DNA of 61,853 nt, the filler included, from Coriobacteriales bacterium (GTDB lineage: Bacteria > Actinomycetota > Coriobacteriia > Coriobacteriales > UBA8131), in assembly GCA_031263105.1 (NCBI GenBank). It is 5 parts of 5 records of this genome, joined end to end, with 100 filler letters (N's around TTAATTAATTAA, not from the genome) between each part and the next. Parts side by side here need not be neighbours in the genome. Positions count along the whole stretch, not along the records: positions 1 to 13,256 come from JAISGJ010000107.1; positions 13,357 to 20,483 come from JAISGJ010000122.1; 3 more parts are not named here. One strand, written 5' to 3'. The first letter of the stretch is position 1. Every line of letters starts with the position of its first letter. Under the pieces are notes generated by a model. The model was not told the origin of the DNA and ran no database searches. It was given only the letters and a program-made list of their open reading frames with translations. This document shows, in pieces, positions 10,647 through 20,583 of the stretch. The position numbers were made by a program, and so were the translations under genes.

Positions 10647-11107
10647 GGCTCATCGACCCCACCGTTGGGTTCATGACATCTCATAAGTCTCCCCACGCCT
10701 TTGACGATGCCCGGCAAAAGACCGTAGCGTTCGAGGGAACGTAGCATGTACTCCGAGCAGCTAGGTTCGAACACACAGGCCCTGCGCACATGCCTCGGCG
10801 CAAAACGCTGGTAGATGAGAATGCCCCAGATGACAAGTCGTCTGAGACGCAGCGCCACATAAGCGACGAGCAAAACAGAAAAGAGCAACATGACCTGGGC
10901 GGCATCGAGATAGAACTCGACCCCCACCATGGGAAGGACGACTGCAAGCAAAACGGGCGGCAAGAAAAAATCGAACAGGCAGGCAATCAGCGAGAAGCGC
11001 GGACGAGTTATCCTGTGCAGGGGCGGAGCGCCTTTGACAGGGGTGCTGGGAGGCTCCCAGTCCCTGTTATGGCGCACAGCGTCCGCCGCTGGAATCTTGT
11101 TCATCAT
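10643..11107 (-). CDS. YidD-like (membrane insertion efficiency/haemolytic domain) protein with 2 N-terminal TM helices
   Basis: IYQRFAP...CVFEPSCSEYMLRSLERYG...GVGRLMRC...GGVDEP signature. Confidence 0.85.
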   Translation of the reverse strand: MMNKIPAADAVRHNRDWEPPSTPVKGAPPLHRITRPRFSLIACLFDFFLPPVLLAVVLPMVGVEFYLDAAQVMLLFSVLLVAYVALRLRRLVIWGILIYQRFAPRHVRRACVFEPSCSEYMLRSLERYGLLPGIVKGVGRLMRCHEPNGGVDEP

Positions 11108-11158
11108 CGACCCTTGCCGTTTGACACAAGACGGTCTGCAAAACCGAACAATCTCACA

Positions 11159-12022
11159 TTAGGCCAGCTGCTTCTTTTCTCTGAGTTTCGCAGTCATCGC
11201 CTGAATCTGAGACTCGTTCTCAGGTCGCATGACGCAGACGAAGCTATCGCCGGGAACAGCGAGCATAAAGCTGTAACGGGGAAACTCGATCCAGCGGATA
11301 TCCATACCGAGACAACCAGTCGTATGCTGAAGGTTCTCGACATTGTAGTTAGTGGTAACGCTTGTAACGTCACGGTAGAAGTACTCCTCGGTATGTTCCT
11401 TGATATCCTTGTCCAACAGACTGAAGGTCAGACTATAGAGATAGACCTGATCGGAGCTGAAAAGCAGACAGGACATCTGATAATGGGAGGTTCGGAAGAC
11501 GAAGTCGTCTCCAATTTTAAAGAGAACGCTATCCAGCGCCCAGCCGTCTGTGAATACCGGGTTGATTTCGGACACCTGGTCTACGTCCAGCCCCAACTTG
11601 CTCAATGCCATCTGAAAGATGTTGTACTGCCCGACACGCTCCTTGAGAATGCTGTCGAAGCGCGCATCGCTTATGCGGAAGAGATTCTGCAGGCATCCTC
11701 GACCGTACACAAAGTACTTGATGACATCCTTCTCGGCCTGCGTGCGGCCACGGAGGTTAAAGCCACCGACCATTTTGCTGCCGCCACCGAACTTGCTCAG
11801 AGCGAATCGTCCAATAAAGAAGAGGACGGCCAGTCCGATCAACAGCCCTATCAGGCTCATAATGGCACTGATGATTACCGCGAATATGTTGCCGCCGGAT
11901 GATGAGGAACATGCCGTCAACGCAACCAACAGTGTCAGGCTCCCCGCCAAAGCCAAAAGCTTGATCCCCCTGATGGCGACTGCCTTTGTCTTCTCTCTGT
12001 CTCTGTCTTTGTCTCGCTTCAT
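11159..12022 (-). CDS. Hypothetical membrane (possibly lipo-) protein, first gene of the operon
   Basis: Basic N-terminus, LTAC lipobox-like segment, second TM helix, soluble C-terminal domain; AAGGAG RBS at 12032-12037. Confidence 0.8.
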   Translation of the reverse strand: MKRDKDRDREKTKAVAIRGIKLLALAGSLTLLVALTACSSSSGGNIFAVIISAIMSLIGLLIGLAVLFFIGRFALSKFGGGSKMVGGFNLRGRTQAEKDVIKYFVYGRGCLQNLFRISDARFDSILKERVGQYNIFQMALSKLGLDVDQVSEINPVFTDGWALDSVLFKIGDDFVFRTSHYQMSCLLFSSDQVYLYSLTFSLLDKDIKEHTEEYFYRDVTSVTTNYNVENLQHTTGCLGMDIRWIEFPRYSFMLAVPGDSFVCVMRPENESQIQAMTAKLREKKQLA

Positions 12023-12038
12023 TCCCCATCACTCCTTT

Positions 12039-12244
12039 CCCAGTCCCAAAAGGTGTAGGTTTTGAGAGTGGTCCGTCCGTCCGCTCCTAAATTCCCCGCC
12101 TAAAACCTCCGCATAGTATATCAGCACCTAGACAGGGCGTGCACGTGAATCTGCAAAAAAAGCGCAGTTTCGCGAACCCTGCCGACAGGGGGCAGCAGGG
12201 GCCGCTGCGGACCACTCTCAAAACCTACACCTTTTGGGACTGGG
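12039..12244. promoter_or_regulatory. Putative invertible promoter bounded by perfect 37-bp inverted repeats
   Basis: CCCAGTCCCAAAAGGTGTAGGTTTTGAGAGTGGTCCG at 12039-12075 and its exact reverse complement at 12208-12244; minus-strand TGA-TATACT at 12123-12115 lies inside. Confidence 0.72.
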
Positions 12245-12511
12245 GCAGCGGTTCCGTCTTGGGCATTTCCCCATACGCTGACAGCGGAACTACGAATCTA
12301 TATTCCTTGACGCTATCGACACACAGGTTCATAGCAAGAAAACAGGGCTGGGAATCGTCTGCACCTTGCTCTGCTGGATCTTCGCGTCGGAAATCATTGG
12401 CTTCGTGGAGGGCGTCGCCTCCCTTACAAAGCAGGCAGATGCCAGCGACGGCATATACGTTTAGGAGCAAAAGGCAAAAGCGAAAGACCGGATAAGGGAA
12501 CGAATCTCCGG

Positions 12512-13105
12512 CTACAATTCAGATGGCCTAGGCACACTAAGGATTTCCCAAAGTTGATTGACATCAAAGTCTGAAAGGCCCAGCGCCTGTGCCTGGCTCA
12601 ACGCCTCCTCGTAGGTCGGTGAGGTATTGAATTTCTTTCGCGCAAAATAGTCTTGTTTGATGTACGCAAGGAGATACCAGTAGATACCCTTTGGCTCAAT
12701 CATGTTCGCAGCATTGAGGTACGATTCAATCTCGTCAATCACGGGACGCAGCATCAGGAACGGCTTTTTCCCACCAAGAAGGCTTACCGCCGCGTAGAAA
12801 AAGGCTTCTGAGTTGTCGAAATTCTCCTCCAACGCCTTTTTGAATGCCTCGTTCGCCTTGTCGTAGAGCTTGAGCTTCAAATAGCAGAACGCAACGGAGT
12901 ACCCCAGTTCCGAGTTGTCGGGATTAGATGCCAGTTCGTTGCGGTACACCGATGCGTATTTGCTGACCATCGGAAGAGGCATGGCATACACGCTGTTGAA
13001 GGTCGAAATGACAACCGGATTCTTACAATAGGTACAGATGTTTTGCCCGGTATCCACCTGCGCCCCACAATTCGGACATTTCATATCGACAATCTGATAC
13101 GCCAC
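12512..13105 (-). CDS. Zinc-ribbon + TPR protein
   Basis: CPNCGA...CTYC followed by TPR-like helices (YDKANEAFKKALEENFDNSEAFFY). Confidence 0.82.
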   Translation of the reverse strand: MAYQIVDMKCPNCGAQVDTGQNICTYCKNPVVISTFNSVYAMPLPMVSKYASVYRNELASNPDNSELGYSVAFCYLKLKLYDKANEAFKKALEENFDNSEAFFYAAVSLLGGKKPFLMLRPVIDEIESYLNAANMIEPKGIYWYLLAYIKQDYFARKKFNTSPTYEEALSQAQALGLSDFDVNQLWEILSVPRPSEL

Positions 13106-13256
13106 GGTATTCCATTCCCCTCTGTTCTATGACCCGGCCTAGGGAAGTGCCGATTAATTGCTTGTGCGCCAGATTGCGCCTGATCTGCCCCAGGTCTGTT
13201 CGGGGGCGCAACGCCACTACTTGCGGTAATGGCGTTGCGTTCACGGGCAGAGCTGG

Positions 13257-13356
13257 NNNNNNNNNNNNNNNNNNNNNNNNNNNNNNNNNNNNNNNNNNNN
13301 TTAATTAATTAANNNNNNNNNNNNNNNNNNNNNNNNNNNNNNNNNNNNNNNNNNNN
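13257..13356. other. Artificial contig linker
   Basis: N-run/TTAATTAATTAA/N-run of 100 nt; the same linker recurs four times. Confidence 0.98.
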
Positions 13357-13514
13357 CTGTCATTCCGAACCGAGGGCGAAGCCCGAGCGTGAGGAACCTT
13401 TGGCTGCGAAGCGGCCAACCGGCCCGGCTGAGCACTCAGGCGCTCAAAGATTCCTCGGTTCCGGGGCTTGCGCCCCTGCCCTCGGAATGACAGTAGGGGG
13501 GAGCGGCCTGTAAC
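13357..13514. mobile_element. Diverged MITE copy truncated by the contig start
   Basis: CTGTCATTCCGA ... CTCGGAATGACAGT...TGTAAC ends resemble the other copies. Confidence 0.6.
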
Positions 13515-13642
13515 ACATCCTGCCAGCTGCTCCCGCCAGTTTACCAGAACGCTGACAGGGTGTGTCGGCTCCATGGTACAATCGGGCATCCGGTTCTGGC
13601 GCTGCCTGCCGGAGACGAAAGAAGGAGACGAGGAGGAACCCT

Positions 13643-14665
13643 ATGAGTTGGTCGAAGCCGATGCCCGCACGTCCTGTTGTCGCCGTCGCAGGGGCGACGG
13701 GCGCCGTCGGGCGGGAGATGCTGCTGGTGCTCGAACAGCGCGGCTTCCCGGCCCGGGAGGTCAGGTTGCTGGCGAGCGCACGGAGCGCGGGCAGCACCCT
13801 GCCCTTCAAGGGAGGGGAGCTTGTGGTCGAGGAGATGACGGCCGCCTCCTTCGAAGGGGTGGATCTCGCGCTGTTCGCGGCAGGCGGCTCGGTCTCCGAG
13901 GCGATGCGCGAGGCCGTCGTCGGCGCAGGTGCCGTGATGGTCGACAACTCGTCGGCCTTCCGTATGGAGGAGGGCGTGCCGCTGGTCGTGCCCGAGGTGA
14001 ACCCCGATGCGGCCCGTGCGCACAGCGGCGTCATCGCCAACCCCAACTGCTCCACGATCCAGATGGTGGTCGCCCTCGCCCCGCTCCATCGGGCCGTTCC
14101 CCTCAAGCGCGTCGTGGTCTCGACCTATCAGGCGGCCAGCGGTGCGGGCGCGGGCGGGATGGACGAGCTGTATGGGCAGACCCGGCAGTTCCTCGACGGC
14201 AAGCCGCTTGTGGTCGCGCACTTCGCGCACCAGATAGCCTTCAATTGCATCCCGCACATCGACGTGTTCCTCGACGACGCCTCCACCAAGGAGGAATGGA
14301 AGATGGTCGTCGAGACGAAGAAGATCATGGGGACGGCAGGCATCGAGGTCGCTGCCAACTGCGTGCGCGTGCCCGTGCTGCGCTGCCATGCGGAGATGGT
14401 CAACGTGGAGCTGACCGCAGCCCTCAGCGTCGAGGAGGCGCGTGCGGCGCTGGCGGCGGCGCCCGGCGTCGTCCTTGTGGACGACCCTGCGGCCAAGCTC
14501 TACCCCATGCCCGGCCTGCTGGCCGGGACGGACGCCACCTACGTCGGCCGTCTGCGCAAGGACCCTTCGGTCGCCTTCGGCCTGAGCTTCTGGTGCGTCG
14601 CCGACCAGCTGCGCAAGGGCGCCGCCCTCAACGCGGTCCAGATAGCCGAGCTGCTGCTGCCCTGA
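13643..14665 (+). CDS. asd: Aspartate-semialdehyde dehydrogenase
   Basis: VAGATGAVG, DNSSAFRM, PLVVPEVN, IANPNCSTIQ, STYQAASGAG, DQLRKGAALNAVQIAE; start at 13643 or 13661. Confidence 0.97.
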   Translation: MSWSKPMPARPVVAVAGATGAVGREMLLVLEQRGFPAREVRLLASARSAGSTLPFKGGELVVEEMTAASFEGVDLALFAAGGSVSEAMREAVVGAGAVMVDNSSAFRMEEGVPLVVPEVNPDAARAHSGVIANPNCSTIQMVVALAPLHRAVPLKRVVVSTYQAASGAGAGGMDELYGQTRQFLDGKPLVVAHFAHQIAFNCIPHIDVFLDDASTKEEWKMVVETKKIMGTAGIEVAANCVRVPVLRCHAEMVNVELTAALSVEEARAALAAAPGVVLVDDPAAKLYPMPGLLAGTDATYVGRLRKDPSVAFGLSFWCVADQLRKGAALNAVQIAELLLP

Positions 14666-14734
14666 GCCAGCGCACGGCGGCGCGGCGGCGTGTGTGACAA
14701 GGGGGACAGGGGGACAAGGGGGACGGTTCCCTTG

Positions 14735-15310
14735 TCACCCCTCTCCCTCCTGCCCGAACAGCCTCGTCGCGCGCAGCGCGCGCAGCAGCGGCAGGCCGAG
14801 GCCGTAGACGACCAGGGCCTCGCCTGCGGCTATCGCCACGAAGCCGAAGAGGTACATGAGGGGGTACGAGCCCGCGAGGTCGATGCTCGTGAAGGGGACG
14901 GTGTAGAAGCCGAACGCGGCCAGTATCACGGGGAGATAGGCGGGCACGATCAGGGCGTTGGCCAGCACGGGCCCGAGGAGCGCCACGGCGGGGCGGCGGC
15001 GGAAGCGCCGCATCCAGAGCGCCCCCAGCAACGTCGCCAGCGAGCCGAGCACCACGTCGAGCAGGCCGAGCGCACCGGAGCCGGTCACGGCGATGCCGAC
15101 GAGGTTGGCGACGATGCAGCCGATGGCAAGCCCCGGCACCGCAGCAGGCGTCAGGACGGCGAGCACGCACAGCGCCTCGGAGAGCCTCAGCTGCACCGGC
15201 CCCCATGCAAGCCCTTGGAGCAGGGTGAGGCAGAGCACGGTCAGCGCCGCATAGGCGGCGGCTATCATCCCCGCACGCGCAAGCAGCTTCGAACGGTTTC
15301 CGGTATCCAT
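14735..15310 (-). CDS. queT: QueT-family queuosine precursor transporter
   Basis: AGMIAAAYAALT...WGPVQLRLSEALCVL...AVPGLAIGCIVAN...DVVLGSLATL pattern. Confidence 0.85.
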   Translation of the reverse strand: MDTGNRSKLLARAGMIAAAYAALTVLCLTLLQGLAWGPVQLRLSEALCVLAVLTPAAVPGLAIGCIVANLVGIAVTGSGALGLLDVVLGSLATLLGALWMRRFRRRPAVALLGPVLANALIVPAYLPVILAAFGFYTVPFTSIDLAGSYPLMYLFGFVAIAAGEALVVYGLGLPLLRALRATRLFGQEGEG

Positions 15311-15408
15311 GGTGAGCTCCCTTGACGAACAGACGTTACGCCCTGCGGGCGTCTGGGCAACGTTCCCTTCTTCGGCGCGGCAGGGCCCAGCGATGACGCG
15401 CTCTCTCA

Positions 15409-15959
15409 GTTACCGCTCGCACCCCACTGTCATTGTGAGCGAAGCGCCCGCAAGGAAGGTCCTCACGCTGCGCTCAGGATAAACTCCGCGTGAGAATCCT
15501 TGGACACGCAGTGTCCAACTGGCCCGCTTGAGCGCTGGTGCGTTCCGTGGGCCTGTCGGTTCCATGGGCTCACCCGCTCAGGGGCTCATACGCTGCTTCG
15601 CAGCTTCGCCCGGAAACAGCCCACTGGGCTGTTTCCCAACGCAGCTTCGCCCGGAAACAGCGCACCGCGCTGTTTCCCAGCCCACTGGGCTGTCGCGCCG
15701 TCCTCGCTGAAAACGCGGTGCGTTTTCCGGGCGCTCGAACCCAAGGATTCCTCGGCAGGCTCGGAATGACTGTGGGGCGGTTACTGTTCACACCCCACTG
15801 TCATCCCGAGCCTGCCGAGGGATCTTCGACCGTGCCAGCGGTCGACCGCAGGTCGAGAGGCCCCTGACCTGCCGTTGGACACTGCGTGTCCAAAGATTCC
15901 TCGGCGGAGCTCGGAATGACAGTGGGGTGTGAACAGTAACGTGGGGCGCGGACAGTAGC
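15409..15959. mobile_element. Older MITE copy containing a nested younger copy
   Basis: Left end GTTACCGCTCGCACCCCACTGTCATT; right end GAATGACTGTGGGGCG/CGGACAGTAGC interrupted by the nested copy; degenerate flanks CTCTCTCA and CTCCTCA. Confidence 0.75.
15780..15940. mobile_element. MITE copy (161 bp) nested in the right TIR of another copy
   Basis: TIRs GTTACTGTTCACACCCCACTGTCAT ... ATGACAGTGGGGTGTGAACAGTAAC; TSD GTGGGGCG at 15772-15779 and 15941-15948. Confidence 0.9.
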
Positions 15960-16065
15960 CTCCTCAGTATACCCCAGTCACGGCTGTCGGCTTCTTGGGG
16001 TATAGTAGGTGGAGGCATCGTATGCGGTGCCGTCGTACAGGAACCCCTCACGTCGAAAGGGCACC

Positions 16066-17830
<1,765 letters not shown>

Positions 17831-17842
17831 GGGAAGCAGACC

Positions 17843-18736
17843 GTGTCGTACCGTGTGAGGATAGAGTCGTTCGAGGGGCCCTTCGACCTGCTGCTGGCCT
17901 TGGTCAGCGAGCAGAAGATCGACATCGGCGCCATCTCGGTGACCGAGGTCGCCGACCAGTACCTCGCCCACGTCGGCGTGATGCGCGAGCTGGACATGGA
18001 CGTCGCAAGCGACTTCCTCGTGGTCGCAGCCACCCTGCTCGCCCTCAAGGCGGCCTCCCTGCTGCCCGACGAGACGGCCGTGCTCGGCGAGGAGCTCGAC
18101 GAGCTCTCCCCGGCGGAGGCCCGCGACATCCTCATCGCGCGGCTTGTCGCCTACAAGCAGTTCAAGAACGTCGCCGCTTCCCTCAACGCGCGCCTCGAGG
18201 CGGAGGGCCGCACGTATGCGCGCCAGGCAGGGCTCGAAAGCCCCTTCGTCGGCCTTCTGCCCGACTACCTCGAAGGGGTCACCCTTCACAGCCTCGCCGT
18301 CATCTGCGCCGACCTGGCGGCACGCCGAGAGGTGTTCCTGTTGGAGGCCGAGCATATCGCCGCGAGGCCCCTGCCGGTCGAGGAGCGCATCGACGTGCTG
18401 CTCAGGTGCCTCGAACGAAGGCGGAGCCTCACCTTCAGCAGCCTGCTCGACGATGCCGCCGGCACCGTCGGTGCCGAGGGGACGTCCGGCGCGGGGACGG
18501 GCGACGCTGCCGATGCGGTTCTCGTCGTCGTGAACTTCCTCGCCCTGCTCGAGCTCTACCATCGCGGGGCGGTCGACCTCGAGCAGCAGCAGCAGTACGG
18601 CGAGATCGTCATCCACTACCGCGACCCTGACCAGTGGACGCCTGCGACCGGCGGGGAGCAGGGGGAGCAGGGCCCGGACGATGCGCTGGAGGAGTTCATC
18701 CAGGCGCTGGAACAGGACGGAGAGGCCGATGCCTGA
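17843..18736 (+). CDS. scpA: Segregation and condensation protein A
   Basis: FEGPFDLLLALV, ASDFLVVAATLLALKA, FLALLEL; adjacent to scpB. Confidence 0.94.
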   Translation: MSYRVRIESFEGPFDLLLALVSEQKIDIGAISVTEVADQYLAHVGVMRELDMDVASDFLVVAATLLALKAASLLPDETAVLGEELDELSPAEARDILIARLVAYKQFKNVAASLNARLEAEGRTYARQAGLESPFVGLLPDYLEGVTLHSLAVICADLAARREVFLLEAEHIAARPLPVEERIDVLLRCLERRRSLTFSSLLDDAAGTVGAEGTSGAGTGDAADAVLVVVNFLALLELYHRGAVDLEQQQQYGEIVIHYRDPDQWTPATGGEQGEQGPDDALEEFIQALEQDGEADA

Positions 18737-19496
18737 CACCTACGAGAACACCGGGGACTATTCGCTCAAAGGCGCCGTCGAGGCCCTTCTCTTCGTCTCC
18801 GACGAGCCCGTGAGCGCAGCGACCCTCGCAAAGATTCTCGACAGGGCCCCCACCGAGGTCGATATCGCGCTCACCTCGCTCGCCACGCTCTTCGAGGAGG
18901 AGGAGCGCGGCATCCAGCTGCGCGAGGTCGCCGGAGGCTGGCGGCTCTACAGCCACCCCGCCTACCACGACCTCATCGAGCGCTACGTCGTCTCCTGGGA
19001 CACGCGCTCCCTGTCGCAGGCGGCCCTCGAGGCGCTTGCCGTCATCGCCTACCACCAGCCGACGACCCGCGCCGGCGTCAACGGCATCCGAGGCGTGAAC
19101 TCGGACGCCGTCATCTCCTCGCTCGTCGAGAAGGGCCTCGTGCGCGAGGCGGGCCGTGACTCCGGCCCCGGCAACGCCATCCTCTACGCGACGACCCGTA
19201 CCTTTCTGGAGAAGTTCGGGCTCAAGGGCCTCAAGGACCTTCCGCCGCTGGAGGACTTCGCCCCCGACGAGGAGAGCCGCGACTATATCCGCGCCCGCCT
19301 CTCGACAGGGGCGTCCCCCTCGGCCGCAGACGACGGGGAGGACGAGGACGCTGCGGGGGGCAGGGGCGGCAGAGCGGACACAGACGACGGGTGGGAGGAA
19401 GGGGACGTCGAGGCCGACGGGGTCGGCGGGTCGTCCGACGACAGGGCCGACGACCCGCTCGACGACTCGAAAGAGGACCTTGAGTTCATCGACTGA
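18729..19496 (+). CDS. scpB: Segregation and condensation protein B
   Basis: VEALLFVS, LSQAALEALAVIAYHQP, IRGVNS, YATTRTFLEKFGL..L.DLP. Confidence 0.95.
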   Translation: MPDTYENTGDYSLKGAVEALLFVSDEPVSAATLAKILDRAPTEVDIALTSLATLFEEEERGIQLREVAGGWRLYSHPAYHDLIERYVVSWDTRSLSQAALEALAVIAYHQPTTRAGVNGIRGVNSDAVISSLVEKGLVREAGRDSGPGNAILYATTRTFLEKFGLKGLKDLPPLEDFAPDEESRDYIRARLSTGASPSAADDGEDEDAAGGRGGRADTDDGWEEGDVEADGVGGSSDDRADDPLDDSKEDLEFID

Positions 19497-20358
19497 CGCC
19501 GCCCGCCCGCCCGCCGGCGCCTCCCTTCCTCCCGCAGACCCCGCCCGCCCGCTGCGCCTCCAGAAGTTCCTTGCGCGCGCAGGTGCGGCCTCGCGGCGTG
19601 GCTCCGAGGACCTTATGACGGCAGGACGCGTCACGGTCAACGGGACGGTCGTCACCGAGCTCGGCAGCAAGGTCACGCCGGGCCTCGACGAGGTCTGCGT
19701 CGACGGCGCCCCCGTGCACCTTACGGACGAGGGCACCTACCTCATGCTCAACAAGCCTGCGGGCTACCTCACCACCATGGACGACCCCCAGGGGCGCCCG
19801 ACCGTCAAGGAGCTCGTCCCCCACCGGGAGTGCCCGGGGCTCTTCCCCGTGGGGCGGCTCGACTACGACACGACCGGCCTGCTCCTCTTCATGACCGACG
19901 GCGACCTCGCCCATACGCTGCTGCATCCCCGCCACAAGGTCGCAAAGCGCTACCGCGCGCTCGTCGACGGCGTCCTCACCGAGCGCGAGGCCGACTTCCT
20001 GCGCGAGGGCGTCCTGCTCTGCGACGGCCCCACCAGCCCCGCGACCGTCGAGGTCGGCGCGGTCACGGAGAAGCGCCTCGGGCCGCGCGAGCAGCACCGC
20101 CTGGACGGGGATCCGGCCTTCTCCCCCTTCCAGACGACGGCGTGGTGCAGCATCACCGAGGGGCGCAAACGCCAGGTCAAGCGCATGTTCGCCCACATCG
20201 GCCATCCGGTCCTCGCTCTTGAGCGTGAGGCCTTCGGCCCCCTTGAGCTCGGCGCCCTCCCCCCGTCCTCATGGCGCCCCCTTGCCCCCGAAGAGCTCGA
20301 TGCCTTGCGCTGTCCTTCCGACACGCCCGCTCAGCCCGGTGGGCGCCAGGAGATGTAG
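19480..20358 (+). CDS. rluB: rRNA pseudouridine synthase (RluB/RsuA family)
   Basis: S4 domain RLQKFLARAGAASRR, LNKPAG, VGRLDYDTTGLLL, EGRKRQVKRM; probable TTG start overlapping scpB. Confidence 0.92.
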   Translation: MSSSTDAARPPAGASLPPADPARPLRLQKFLARAGAASRRGSEDLMTAGRVTVNGTVVTELGSKVTPGLDEVCVDGAPVHLTDEGTYLMLNKPAGYLTTMDDPQGRPTVKELVPHRECPGLFPVGRLDYDTTGLLLFMTDGDLAHTLLHPRHKVAKRYRALVDGVLTEREADFLREGVLLCDGPTSPATVEVGAVTEKRLGPREQHRLDGDPAFSPFQTTAWCSITEGRKRQVKRMFAHIGHPVLALEREAFGPLELGALPPSSWRPLAPEELDALRCPSDTPAQPGGRQEM

Positions 20359-20449
20359 GCCCAGCGGGTGATGCGCTGCTTGCTCTGGCCGGTGGCGCTG
20401 GGCTTGAGACAGTTGATGTTGCGCAGGCTGGGGCGGCGGCCCATCTGGT

Positions 20450-20483
<34 letters not shown>

Positions 20484-20583
20484 NNNNNNNNNNNNNNNNN
20501 NNNNNNNNNNNNNNNNNNNNNNNNNNNTTAATTAATTAANNNNNNNNNNNNNNNNNNNNNNNNNNNNNNNNNNNNNNNNNNNN
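20484..20583. other. Artificial contig linker
   Basis: N-run/TTAATTAATTAA/N-run. Confidence 0.98.

Noticed and set aside
12225..12470. 81-aa ORF between the TPR gene and the switch
   Set aside because: Weak TTG start, no clear RBS or motif, and it ends inside the inverted repeat.
13257..13356. TTAATTAATTAA within N-runs (also 20484-20583, 33989-34088, 55881-55980) as a biological repeat; gene linkage across these points
   Set aside because: Identical 100-nt all-frame-stop linkers used to concatenate contigs.
14694..14740. GGGGACA repeats and hairpin between asd and queT as a REP element
   Set aside because: Only one clear copy in the window; equally explained as a terminator-like hairpin between convergent genes.
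15361..15410. GAGAG...CGCCGAAGAAG resemblance to a glycine riboswitch (or CTGAGA to TPP)
   Set aside because: The required 3' conserved blocks (CTCTCAGG/CTTTCAGG, or ACCTGAT) are absent, and the 5' part abuts the MITE end.
15500..16051. Small ORFs inside the palindromic elements (also 983-1465, 25665-25901, 33643-34036)
   Set aside because: They are translations of MITE sequence; no transposase motifs.
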